Source of the DNA: an uncultured delta proteobacterium
GTDB lineage: Bacteria > Desulfobacterota > Binatia > UBA9968
Length of the DNA stretch: 64,000 nucleotides
Direction of reading: 5' to 3'
Assembly: GCA_963755715.1 (NCBI GenBank)
Contig: CAVWLW010000074.1
Location: 108,164 to 172,163, forward strand
Shown: one piece after another, positions 20,667 through 30,375 of the stretch
How the letters are laid out: the number at the start of each line of letters is the position of its first letter
Position numbering within the stretch: the stretch's first letter is position 1
Position numbers and translations under genes: made by a program
Notes under the pieces: generated by a model
What the model saw: the letters and a program-made list of their open reading frames with translations, nothing else
The model's database searches: none
Told to the model about the DNA's origin: nothing

Positions 20667-20915
20667 TTAATCGTTGTACTGATTCCTGGACTGATTGGTA
20701 CTGTAACGATCACGCCCATAACGCCAGTCGCGGTCACGATCCCAATCGTATCGACTATAACGGCGATCGTGGTCGCGATCGTAACGACTGTCATAGCGTC
20801 CGTCTCGATAACGACTATAGCGCCAATGGTCGTCTCGATCGTAGTAATAGCATCCGGCTGCCTACTGCGAAAAATGGATTTTACCATCATCAAAAAGCGG
20901 CATGATTTCGTAGTG
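20667..20915 (-). pseudogene. Tyr/Asp/Arg-rich small lipoprotein with a damaged 5' end
   Basis: open frame 20855-20667 reads GCYYYDRDDHWRYSRYRDGRYDSRYDRD...; in-frame TAG just upstream of AAGC. Confidence 0.55.
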
Positions 20916-21107
20916 ATGGAGCTGCCATGGAAGTGAAATGTCACGGTTGCGGGACAGCGGCGAGGGTGCCCCATATGACAAACGCTTACCGCGTACGCTG
21001 AGATCGCAGGATAAATTCATGCACTGAGAGCGCGGACCTCGGCAAAATTATTTGACAAAAACTCCAACGCATGTTTCCGTGGAAAATCCGACTTTGTCGA
21101 TCGCTCT

Positions 21108-21713
21108 ATGAAAAAAGGATTTCATTTTGTCGCTCTAGTTGTCGCTTTGCTGTCCGTCTCTCAAGGCTCCGTGTTGGCTGAGGATGCTCCAGTCAAACTC
21201 GTCCCGGTGCTCAAGATCAATAAAGAGCTTGATAAGCGGACGGCGATAAAGCCATCGACGATTCCCAACGCAGGCAACGGATTATTTGCCGTGGTTCCGA
21301 TTAGAGAGGGGGAGGTGATCGGCGAGTTGGGCGGCCGGCTGATGACCCTCGAAGACTCGATCGTGAGCAATCATTATCTCGCTTCGATACCAGAGTGCGC
21401 CTGGGAACAAACCAAACCCTACCGATATCTCAATAGCAAGGATTTTGGCGGCAACGTCAGTCGAACAAATTTCGCGCCGCGGAAAGTGAACGGCATAGAG
21501 ACCCATTTCCAGAATGCCGCGATCAGTCAACTTTGCGTCTATCCCTACGTTGTTTTCGTCGCTTTGAAGAATATCGAGCCCGGAACCGAGATCTGGTCCA
21601 GCTATGGTCCGCATTACGAATATGACAGATTCATGAACGAGCCCGAGGTGCGAGATTTTTTCTGTGGCCTATTAAGCATCGACTGCCACGAAAACTACTC
21701 GTACGAGTATTAA
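21108..21713 (+). CDS. SET-domain protein with Sec-type signal peptide (paralog 1)
   Basis: STIPNAGNGLFA, GEVIGE, SRTNF, IEPGTEIWSSYG; hydrophobic N-terminus ending VLA-E. Confidence 0.85.
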   Translation: MKKGFHFVALVVALLSVSQGSVLAEDAPVKLVPVLKINKELDKRTAIKPSTIPNAGNGLFAVVPIREGEVIGELGGRLMTLEDSIVSNHYLASIPECAWEQTKPYRYLNSKDFGGNVSRTNFAPRKVNGIETHFQNAAISQLCVYPYVVFVALKNIEPGTEIWSSYGPHYEYDRFMNEPEVRDFFCGLLSIDCHENYSYEY

Positions 21714-21779
21714 GGGTTTTGCTTGCGCTATTTCGCTCGTTGATCCGATAATTTTTCACCCGTGATCGAAGGAGGCTGC

Positions 21780-22577
21780 ATGGAGATTTTCGATATTCAT
21801 CATCATCTTGGTTCGTTGAGTGGCGGAAGTTTGCAAGAGGGCGATGACTGGCAGGAGCGGGACTATGTCAATCGAGTGCGGATTATGGAGGCCAACGGCG
21901 TAACTGGGTCGGCGATTCTAGCGGCCACGGGTTATATTCAGGCCGACGGCATCAAAGACACCATGCGTTGTAACGATACGGTGGCCGCGTACCGCAAGCG
22001 CGACCCGAAACGTTTCCCGGTGGCCTGCGGCATCGTCGAGCCGCTGCACGGCGCACGCTCAATCGGCGAGCTCGAGCGCATGAAGCATGACCTCGGCCTC
22101 AATGGCGTGGTGTGGCACAGTCGCTTTCAGGGAGTCGCCGTCGATCACGCGCTGATGCGGCCGCTGTTAAAAAAAGTCGGCGAGCTCGGGCTGGTGCCCT
22201 TGATTCACACCAATGCCGAGTCGAACCTCGAAGCCGTTTGGCGATTGGAACGACTCGCCTTGGAATTTCCAGAGCTCACCTTCGTGTCGATGGATGCGCT
22301 GACGACGAACACTAACAGCCAACTGGCTTTGGACATAGCCAAACGAACGAAAAATATTCTTTTTGACACCGCGCACGTACGGGGCCCCGCCTACGTTCGT
22401 CAGTTTGTCGAGGCGGTGGGCTCACATCGTTTGATTTTCGGCAGTCTTTTTTATTCTTATCCGGCGAGTTACGAGCATTGCGCGACGCTCGACGAGATCA
22501 AAGCGGCCAAGATCGGCGATGCGGACAAGGCCAATATTCTCGCACTGAACGCAAAGAGGCTCTTTAGTCTTTCTTAA
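21780..22577 (+). CDS. amidohydrolase_2 family protein
   Basis: DIHHH metal motif, LIHT, NILFDTA, RLIFGS, ILALNAKRLF. Confidence 0.85.
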   Translation: MEIFDIHHHLGSLSGGSLQEGDDWQERDYVNRVRIMEANGVTGSAILAATGYIQADGIKDTMRCNDTVAAYRKRDPKRFPVACGIVEPLHGARSIGELERMKHDLGLNGVVWHSRFQGVAVDHALMRPLLKKVGELGLVPLIHTNAESNLEAVWRLERLALEFPELTFVSMDALTTNTNSQLALDIAKRTKNILFDTAHVRGPAYVRQFVEAVGSHRLIFGSLFYSYPASYEHCATLDEIKAAKIGDADKANILALNAKRLFSLS

Positions 22578-22760
22578 CCATAAATCTCGCCGACTCACCG
22601 CAAGCGCTGTGCACGCCTGGCGTCGATTCAATCCCGCGTGGAAAAGGTCGGGGTCGGGTGTTATTGTTTTGATTGTGCTGCATACAAGCTTCACATCGGT
22701 TTCGATCGTCTTCGGCTACTCGGAAGAAATATTCCAGAGTCGCGTCGAGGAGGAATAATC

Positions 22761-23381
22761 ATGAAACTGACCTTCCATGTAATTGCAATTTTTGTCGCGA
22801 CTGTCGTTTTCGCCGGATGTTCGACGACCCATCCGATCGTGACTGAGTGGCGCAATCCGGGCTACAGCGCGGCTTCGTTTAAACGCATTATGGTTGGCGG
22901 TTTGGGCGGCGCGACCAGTGTCCGGCGCAATTTTGAAGACGAATTCGTCACTCAGCTCAGAGCGGCCGGTATCGACGCGCTGCCGAGTTACCGCTCGATG
23001 GCTGAAGATGAAAAAGTCGACGAAGCCAAGATCAGGCAAGCGGCAGAAAAAGCCGGAGCGGACGCGGCGATCTTGGCGCGCCCGATCCATGTCGAGGAAA
23101 AGACCCAACTTGGCCCAGGTTATTTTCCGATTCCCTGGTTTGGCTTCTACGGTCCGCATGGTGGTGCCAGTTGGTACGGCGGTTACGGCGCGCCGAGCGT
23201 CTATCGTTACAATGAGTTTACCTCGGAGACGACGCTCTACGATCTCGGCAAGAACGAAGTTGTCTGGACCGCTGCGATTAGAACGACCGAGCCGGAGGAC
23301 GTCAAAGCGGCGATCAAAACCTACGTGACAGCGGTCATGCGGGCGCTCGACGAGAAACAGTTACTTGGCCGGCGGTCTTGA
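22761..23381 (+). CDS. lipoprotein, DUF4136-like
   Basis: lipobox FAGC; RRNFED; Gly/Tyr-rich loop; ETTLYDL...VVW. Confidence 0.75.
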   Translation: MKLTFHVIAIFVATVVFAGCSTTHPIVTEWRNPGYSAASFKRIMVGGLGGATSVRRNFEDEFVTQLRAAGIDALPSYRSMAEDEKVDEAKIRQAAEKAGADAAILARPIHVEEKTQLGPGYFPIPWFGFYGPHGGASWYGGYGAPSVYRYNEFTSETTLYDLGKNEVVWTAAIRTTEPEDVKAAIKTYVTAVMRALDEKQLLGRRS

Positions 23382-23533
23382 GAAAACACGCCAACGAAAT
23401 TTAGCGCAAACCACGATTAGCACGTTCGATTCTTCACGGGAGCGATACTGACGGAGCGCTCCACACCTTCACCGTAATTTGACAATCCAGCCCGCCTATG
23501 ATTCCTCGGATGTAAAATCAATCAAGAGGAGAG

Positions 23534-24157
23534 ATGCGCAAGTTAGCACCGATGAAAATCTATCATTTTTTCGCCCTCTCGATCGCGCTTGTGCTTATGG
23601 TCCCAAATGATGCGCGACCGACGCCTGATAAAGCACCGGCGCAGCTCGCGCTGTTGAAGATTAACCAAAAATACGAGAGCAGAACTACCGTCAAAAAATC
23701 CATGATCCCCGGCGCCGGCAACGGCCTGTTCGCTACAGTGCGAATCAAAAAGGGCGAAGTCATCGGTGAGCTCGGCGGCCGCCTCGTTTCGGCGGACGAT
23801 TACCCCAAAGGTAATCACTACCTAGCGACCCTGCCGGAATGCGCCCGCGATAAAATCCGGCCCTATAAATACATCGACAGCAAGGATTACGGCGCGAACG
23901 TAAGCCGCATCAATTTCGCGCCGAGCGCAATAAACGGCAGAGAAACCAATTTCCAGAACGCGGCGATCAAGCAGCTCTGCCAGCATCCCTATTTTATCTT
24001 CGTCGCATTGAAAGATATTGAGCCTGGCGCGGAGATTTGGTCGAGCTACGGGCCCAACTATGATTATGACCGATTCATGCAGGTGCCCGAAGTGCGAGAC
24101 TTTTTCTGCGCTCGCTTGAAAATAGACTGCCGTGAAAAGTTCGTTTTTTCACATTGA
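23534..24157 (+). CDS. SET-domain protein with signal peptide (paralog 2)
   Basis: SMIPGAGNGLFA, GEVIGELGG, SRINF, IEPGAEIWSSYG; collinear with 21108-21713. Confidence 0.85.
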   Translation: MRKLAPMKIYHFFALSIALVLMVPNDARPTPDKAPAQLALLKINQKYESRTTVKKSMIPGAGNGLFATVRIKKGEVIGELGGRLVSADDYPKGNHYLATLPECARDKIRPYKYIDSKDYGANVSRINFAPSAINGRETNFQNAAIKQLCQHPYFIFVALKDIEPGAEIWSSYGPNYDYDRFMQVPEVRDFFCARLKIDCREKFVFSH

Positions 24158-24308
24158 CAACTTGGTTGCCAGTTTGACCAGGCGCCGCTAGATTGTCTTT
24201 CCCTCGGTTGCCTCGCGCTACGCATCGATTGCGGCTATATCGAACGATTTAGCTTCGCCGCCCCGGTGAACTATAATATTGTCATTTCACAGTTTGCGGG
24301 AAACGGTT

Positions 24309-25388
24309 ATGGACTACAAAACCGACGATCTACGAATTAAGGAAATTGACGAGCTGGTCGCGCCGGTGGATTTATTGCGTGAGTTCGCCATGACGCGCAG
24401 CGCCGCAGCGACCGTCTGGCAGACGCGCCAGGAAGTTCACAAGATCCTGCACGGCGCCGACGATCGGCTCTTAGTGATTATGGGGCCATGCTCGATTCAC
24501 GACGTCAAGGCGGCCAAGGATTTTGCCCAGCGGCTCCATGAAGCCAAAAGCCGGCTCGCGGCCGATCTATTGGTTGTGATGCGGGTGTATTTCGAGAAGC
24601 CGCGCACGACAGTGGGTTGGAAGGGGTTGATCAACGATCCTAACTTGGACGACAGCTATCGCATCAATGACGGTTTGCGCATCGCGCGCCGATTGCTCCT
24701 CGATCTCAACGAAATGGAGATGCCGGTCGGGTGCGAGTTCCTCGACATGATCACGCCGCAATATATCGGCGATCTGGTTTCCTGGGGAGCGATCGGAGCG
24801 CGCACGACTGAAAGCCAGGTGCATCGCGAGCTCGCCTCCGGTTTGTCATGCCCGGTCGGCTTCAAGAACGGCACGGACGGCAATATTCGCATCGCCGTCG
24901 ACGCCATTCGCGCGGCGCAGGCGCCCCATCATTTTATGGCGGTCACGAAAGCCGGGCGCTCGGCGATCGCGGCGACCACCGGCAACGAGGATTGCCACAT
25001 CATTTTGCGTGGCGGCAGACAACCGAACTACGATGCTGAAAATATCGCGGCCACGGTAAGGGCTCTGGCCGAAGCGGCGATTCCGGCGCGGATCATGATC
25101 GATTTCAGCCATGGCAACAGCGGCAAGGATGAGCAGCGCCAGCTTCTCGTTGGACGAGACGTGGCGGCGCAAATTGCGTCCGGCAATGGCGCTATTTTCG
25201 GCGTTATGGTCGAAAGCCACTTAAAAGCCGGCCGCCAGGATCTGCTTGCCGGTAAGGAACTGGTCTACGGATTGAGCATCACCGATGCCTGCATCGGTTG
25301 GGAAGAAAGCCGTGCTCTGCTCGACACGCTCGCCGATGGCGTGCGTCGGCGGCGTCTCAAGGCAGCGCTGGATGACGAATCCGAATAG
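24309..25388 (+). CDS. aroG: class I-alpha DAHP synthase
   Basis: GPCSIHD, YFEKPRTTVGWKG, GARTTESQVHRE, SITDACIGW. Confidence 0.93.
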   Translation: MDYKTDDLRIKEIDELVAPVDLLREFAMTRSAAATVWQTRQEVHKILHGADDRLLVIMGPCSIHDVKAAKDFAQRLHEAKSRLAADLLVVMRVYFEKPRTTVGWKGLINDPNLDDSYRINDGLRIARRLLLDLNEMEMPVGCEFLDMITPQYIGDLVSWGAIGARTTESQVHRELASGLSCPVGFKNGTDGNIRIAVDAIRAAQAPHHFMAVTKAGRSAIAATTGNEDCHIILRGGRQPNYDAENIAATVRALAEAAIPARIMIDFSHGNSGKDEQRQLLVGRDVAAQIASGNGAIFGVMVESHLKAGRQDLLAGKELVYGLSITDACIGWEESRALLDTLADGVRRRRLKAALDDESE

Positions 25389-25658
25389 CAATCGTCGTCT
25401 CGAGATTGACGCGGTTGCCATTGTTTAGCGCGGGGGACTTTCTCGCATCAGAACCGCCCGGTGTTCGCAGCCGTGCTTCGCCTTGCCGCGCCGGAACCCG
25501 AGCCGAGAAATTCATTCGCTATCGCCGTCTTGACTCGCTTTGCCGGTCCGCTTTATCTTTGCGAAACAATTCATTGCGCGTTTTTCTCGTTAGCCAGACT
25601 GCTTTCGATCGGTGCGGTTTACGCCGTGACGGTAACAACAAACAGGAGTTTCATCGCC

Positions 25659-26651
25659 ATGAAATTTTTCTCGTTACGCCTACTGGGTTTGCTGCCGTTA
25701 TTGTTTTTTCTCGAGCTTCCAGTGCAAGCAGCGGCGCCGCTGACCAAAGTGGTCATGACTTCCGGTTCGGCGAGCGAGCGCGACGGTGTGGTCTACGTCG
25801 CACAAGACCAAGGGTTGTTTCGTAAGTACGGTCTCGACGTGAGCTTTGTCCAAGTTCGCAACGGCCCGGTTGCCATGTCGGCATTGAGCTCGGGCGAGAC
25901 GCAGTTTCATTGGGGCTCGGTTTCGGGCGCGAATCTCGGCGCGATCGCCGAAGGCGCGGACTTGGTTTTCGTTGCCGGATTCATCAACCGGCTCTCAGGC
26001 ATGTTCATGGTCAATCCGCAAATCAAAACCCCGGCGGAGCTGAAAGGGAAAAGCGTCGCCGTTAACAGTCTGAGCGGCGGAGGGTGGATTTTTTCGATGT
26101 TGATGTTGGACTACTGGGGCCTCTCGCCCGAGCGCGACAAGATACAGTTCAGGACCTTGGGTGAGCAGGCGGTGATGGCGCAGGGTGTCATCAGCGGCAC
26201 GGCCGACGCGGCATTTTTAGGCTACACGTTCGGCAAAATGCTTCAGGGCAAGGGCTTCCGCCTTTTGGCCGATAGCGAGAAGCTGCCCATTCCCTATCAA
26301 GGCTCGGGTGTCATGGCGAAGCGGAGTTTCATCAATGCGGCGCCGGCGACATTGGAAAACGTGCTCAGAGCTTTGCTCGATAGCGCGGCATTTATCCGCA
26401 ATCCGGAAAATAAGGCGCAAGTGACCAAAGCGCTCGCCCGAGCGTTGCGCTTCAAACGGGTCGAAGACGCCGAGGACGGTTATCAAAGCATGGTCAATCT
26501 TTACGAGCGAAAAATTTACCCGAGCGTCGAGGGCATTCGCAACGTGATCCGCTTGCTCGGCGCCAACAACGAAAAAATTCGTCGCCTTAAGGCGGAAGAT
26601 TTGGTCGACGATAGTGCCGTTCGAAAAATGGAGAAAGAGGGGCGGTTTTGA
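25659..26651 (+). CDS. ABC transporter substrate-binding protein (SsuA/NMT1-like)
   Basis: signal peptide; GLFRKYGLDV; ELKGKSVAV. Confidence 0.85.
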   Translation: MKFFSLRLLGLLPLLFFLELPVQAAAPLTKVVMTSGSASERDGVVYVAQDQGLFRKYGLDVSFVQVRNGPVAMSALSSGETQFHWGSVSGANLGAIAEGADLVFVAGFINRLSGMFMVNPQIKTPAELKGKSVAVNSLSGGGWIFSMLMLDYWGLSPERDKIQFRTLGEQAVMAQGVISGTADAAFLGYTFGKMLQGKGFRLLADSEKLPIPYQGSGVMAKRSFINAAPATLENVLRALLDSAAFIRNPENKAQVTKALARALRFKRVEDAEDGYQSMVNLYERKIYPSVEGIRNVIRLLGANNEKIRRLKAEDLVDDSAVRKMEKEGRF

Positions 26652-26759
26652 CTCCGGCATCGGCTTTAAAAAGTCGGGAGGTTGTGTCATAGAGGAGGCG
26701 CCGACGTCGATCGATATCACGCAAAATTCCAAAGGTAATTTCAGACCAGGAGATTTACA

Positions 26760-27680
26760 GTGGCTTTTCAAAAAATCGGTATCATGAGTATCGGCGAGAT
26801 GGGATTTCACTGGGCGAAGCTGCTCAAAAGCCACGGCGTGGAAGTGCTAACCTTCGACCAGGACCGCGGTGAAGTGAGCCGCAAACGCGGCGAAAACGCC
26901 GGGGTCAAGTCGGTGGGCTCGATGGCGGAATTGGTCTTAAACGCCGAGTTGATCGTTTCCATCGTCGTGCCGTCGGCGGCGGCGCGGGTCGCGGCGAAGG
27001 TCGCGGAGGCGGTGAAAACCGCGGGACGAAAGGATCTCTTGTTCCTCGATGCCAACGCGATCTCGCCTATGACTGCGGATGAAATTGCCGAAACCTTGCG
27101 TCCCGCGGGCGTGAATTTTGTCGACGGTGGCATTATTGGTTCGGCAGCCAGAATAGGAAAGGGAACGATCGTTTATGTTTCCGGTCCAGCGGCGAGCCGG
27201 CTGCAAGCTTTGGAAGAATTCAAGATTCCGATCAAAGTGCTGGGCGCGAACACCAACCAAGCCTCGGCTTTCAAAGTAGTCTATGCCGGTCTCACTAAGG
27301 GGTTGCAGGGATTGTTTTGCGAGCTTCTGATGGGCGCCAGGCGATTCGGTTTGCTCGATGAGATCCGTGCGCAATATGAGGAAAGCTTTCCCGGATTGCT
27401 CGATAAAGTGTCCGGCTCTATTGTCGGCTTGCAGATTCACGCCGGCCGGCGTGCCGAGGAGATGGATGAGTTAAAACGAACATTTAATCACCACGGCATG
27501 GACTCTTTCATGGCGCCGGCGGTGCAGAAGGTGTTGGAAGCAATCGCCGCTTTGGAAGTAGGGAAGGCTTCAGCCAGCGGCGCACGTGAGGGCGACCTGC
27601 AGGAAACGCTGGAGCTGTTCTATAAAAAAGGACTATTACAGATGGCTCCCGCTCGGGAGAATTCTAAAGCGGGCCTATAG
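26760..27680 (+). CDS. NAD(P)-dependent oxidoreductase (6PGD NAD-binding/DUF1932-like)
   Basis: IGIMSIGEMG, DANAISP, VDGGIIG, ASAFKVVYAGLTKG, RRAEEM. Confidence 0.8.
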   Translation: MAFQKIGIMSIGEMGFHWAKLLKSHGVEVLTFDQDRGEVSRKRGENAGVKSVGSMAELVLNAELIVSIVVPSAAARVAAKVAEAVKTAGRKDLLFLDANAISPMTADEIAETLRPAGVNFVDGGIIGSAARIGKGTIVYVSGPAASRLQALEEFKIPIKVLGANTNQASAFKVVYAGLTKGLQGLFCELLMGARRFGLLDEIRAQYEESFPGLLDKVSGSIVGLQIHAGRRAEEMDELKRTFNHHGMDSFMAPAVQKVLEAIAALEVGKASASGAREGDLQETLELFYKKGLLQMAPARENSKAGL

Positions 27681-27740
27681 CCATAGAGCCCCATTCTTGG
27701 TATGGAGTGCAGAACACGAATTTGAGGGAGGGCTAAACCA

Positions 27741-29510
27741 GTGTCCAGAGTAGAAAAGAAACAACCGCAGTACGGTTCCGACGTCGTCGTCGATTTGATG
27801 AAGGCGTTCGATATCGAGTACGCGGCCTTCAACCCCGGCGCGACCTTTCGCGGTATTCACGACTCGATCGTCAACTACGGCGGCAATTATAAGCCCGAAG
27901 TGATCTTCTGCCATCATGAAGAAATCTCCGTTGCAGTGGCCCACGGCTACGCCAAGGCCAAGAACAAACCGATGATCGCCATTTGCCACAACATGGTCGG
28001 ATTGCAGCACGCCAGCATGGCGATCTTCAACGCCTACATCGACCGCGTGCCGATGATGGTGCTCGGCGGCACGGGGCCGATGAACTCCAAGCGGCGCCGC
28101 CCGCGCATCGACTGGATCCACACCGCGCTCGTCCAAGGCAATCAGGTGCGCGATTACACGAAATGGGACGATCAGCCGTATTCTTTGGCGGATGTACCGG
28201 ATTCCTTTATCCGCGGCTACCGGATTGCGACGACGGATCCGACCGCGCCGGTGTACATCAATTACGATGCCGATATTCAGGAAGATGCTCTCAAGAGCGC
28301 GTTCGATATACCTGATGTGAACCGTTATTCGGCGCCGGCGCCGATGCAGGCAAATCCGGAAGCGCTGCGCAAAGCGGCCGAGATGTTGGTCAACGCGCAA
28401 GCGCCGATCATCATCGCCGATTCGCTTGGGCGCAATCCCAAAACCGTGCCGGCGTTGATCGCATTGGCGGAACTGCTCGCGGTTCCAGTGGTCGACAAGG
28501 GCGGACGATTTAATTTTCCTTCGGTCCATCCCCTGGATGCGACCGACGGCGCGCGCGAGCTGTTGAAAAAAGCCGACTTTATCTTGGCGCTCGACGTGGC
28601 CGATCTGTTTGGCTCGCTTACGACGGTGAGCAAGCAGACGCGCAATTGCGAATATATCACGTCGCCGTCAGTGAAGATCGCCACCATTTCGATGAACGAT
28701 ATGCTGGTCCACTCCTGGGCCAACGACTACCAGGCGCTGCAAGCGATCGACGTGCCGATGAGCGCGGACACGGCGGTGGCCGTGCCGGAATTGACCCGGC
28801 TCTGCCGCGAGCTGCTCGGCAGCGACAGCAAGAAAAAGGCAGCCATCGAAGCGCGCCAAAAAGAGTTGGCCGAGAAACACAAAAGCCGCCGCGCCAAATG
28901 GCGCGCCGACGCCGAAGGCAAAGGCTCGCAGAAAGAAATTTCCACCGCCTGGTTGGGCTTGGAAGTGGGCGAAGCGGTCAAGCGCGAAGACTGGGTCTTG
29001 GTCAATGGAACTTCGAACGGTTGGACGCGCCGGCTGTGGGATTTTACCAAACCGAATCAGTCTCTGGGCGGTAGCGGTGGTGCTGGATTGGGCTACGGAC
29101 CGGGCGCGTCGATCGGCGCCGCGCTCGCGCTCAAGGGCACCGGTCAGCTCGCCGTCGCGATTCAATCGGACGGCGATATGTTGATGACCTCGAGCGCGCT
29201 TTGGACGGCGGCCAAGCATCGCATCCCGCTGCTCATGGTAATGCACAACAATCAGTCGTACTACAATTCCGAAGAGCACGGCATCGAAGTCGCCAAGTTT
29301 CGCAATCGGCCGGTGGAGAACGCCGGCATCGGCACTCACGTCGATGATCCGGCGATCGATTTCGCGACGATGGCGAAATCATTCGGCGTGAACGGCGAAG
29401 GACCGGTGCGCAACCCGGCCGATCTGCGTCCGGCCATCGAACGGGGCGTCAAGTACGTGAAGGAGAAGCAGTTGCCGTATCTCGTCGATGTTATCGCCGA
29501 GCCGCGCTGA
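27741..29510 (+). CDS. thiamine-pyrophosphate-dependent enzyme (ALS/benzoylformate decarboxylase superfamily)
   Basis: NPGATF, HEE, and SDGD...HNN TPP-binding motif. Confidence 0.88.
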   Translation: MSRVEKKQPQYGSDVVVDLMKAFDIEYAAFNPGATFRGIHDSIVNYGGNYKPEVIFCHHEEISVAVAHGYAKAKNKPMIAICHNMVGLQHASMAIFNAYIDRVPMMVLGGTGPMNSKRRRPRIDWIHTALVQGNQVRDYTKWDDQPYSLADVPDSFIRGYRIATTDPTAPVYINYDADIQEDALKSAFDIPDVNRYSAPAPMQANPEALRKAAEMLVNAQAPIIIADSLGRNPKTVPALIALAELLAVPVVDKGGRFNFPSVHPLDATDGARELLKKADFILALDVADLFGSLTTVSKQTRNCEYITSPSVKIATISMNDMLVHSWANDYQALQAIDVPMSADTAVAVPELTRLCRELLGSDSKKKAAIEARQKELAEKHKSRRAKWRADAEGKGSQKEISTAWLGLEVGEAVKREDWVLVNGTSNGWTRRLWDFTKPNQSLGGSGGAGLGYGPGASIGAALALKGTGQLAVAIQSDGDMLMTSSALWTAAKHRIPLLMVMHNNQSYYNSEEHGIEVAKFRNRPVENAGIGTHVDDPAIDFATMAKSFGVNGEGPVRNPADLRPAIERGVKYVKEKQLPYLVDVIAEPR

Positions 29511-29521
29511 TTTACGGGAAA

Positions 29522-30355
29522 TTGTCGCACGATCCCTACCGCGAATTTCGTCAGGCCGTCGACCGACCGGAAGCTAAAATCGACCTCGGTCGCGCGGCCT
29601 TGACGATCGCGTTGAGCAACTATCCCAACCTCGACATTGCCCAATATCTCGGGCGCATCGATCAGTTGGCCGTGGAAGCCGCCAGCCACGGCGGCGCCGA
29701 AGCCGACGTTTACCGCGCCGTCGCCGCGCTTAATTCTGTGTTGTTCAACCAGCACGGTTATCGCGGTAACGCCGGAGATTACTACGATCCGAGAAACAGT
29801 TTTTTGAACCAAGTGATCGAGCGCAAGATCGGCATCCCGATCACGCTTTCAGTTCTCTATCTCGAAGTCGCGCAACGCATCGGCTTGGCGCTCGAGGGAG
29901 TAAACTTTCCGGGCCATTTTCTCGTAAAACACGAGAGCGACGGCCTGGAGATCTTCATCGATCCGTTTCATGCCGGTGAGCTGAAAAGCCGCGAAGATTT
30001 AAGCGCCATGTTGGACCGCTTAAATGGCGAGAAAGTTACCTTTCGACCGGAATTCCTCGCGACGGCAGGCAAAAAGCAGATCCTTAAGCGAATGCTCGGC
30101 AACTTAAAGGCGATTTATTTAAGGGATGGAGATTTCGGCCAAGCTTTATCCGTGTTCGACCGCTTGATCATCCTCGATCCTGCGGCTGCCGAGGAGATTC
30201 GCGACCGCGGCTTGGTTTATTTCGAGGTGGAGGACTTAACCCAGGCACGGGAGGATTTTGAAACCTACCTTCAACTCGCCCCCGATGCCAGGGATGCGGC
30301 CGCGATTCGCGAGCAGCTCGCCAGATTGGCCAAGCGCGGGACGCTGGTTCACTAG
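29522..30355 (+). CDS. SirB1/YchA-like protein with TPR
   Basis: YYDPRNSFLNQV, GIPITLS, FPGHFL, RDRGL. Confidence 0.88.
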   Translation: MSHDPYREFRQAVDRPEAKIDLGRAALTIALSNYPNLDIAQYLGRIDQLAVEAASHGGAEADVYRAVAALNSVLFNQHGYRGNAGDYYDPRNSFLNQVIERKIGIPITLSVLYLEVAQRIGLALEGVNFPGHFLVKHESDGLEIFIDPFHAGELKSREDLSAMLDRLNGEKVTFRPEFLATAGKKQILKRMLGNLKAIYLRDGDFGQALSVFDRLIILDPAAAEEIRDRGLVYFEVEDLTQAREDFETYLQLAPDARDAAAIREQLARLAKRGTLVH

Positions 30356-30375
30356 CCACGCGACTTCGTGCCCGG

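Noticed and set aside
20627-20974. Listed ORFs 20627-20974 (-) and 20645-20905 (+), or a CRISPR-like repeat array
   Set aside because: The periodicity comes from Asp/Arg/Tyr codons in a third frame; there is no constant repeat with spacers.
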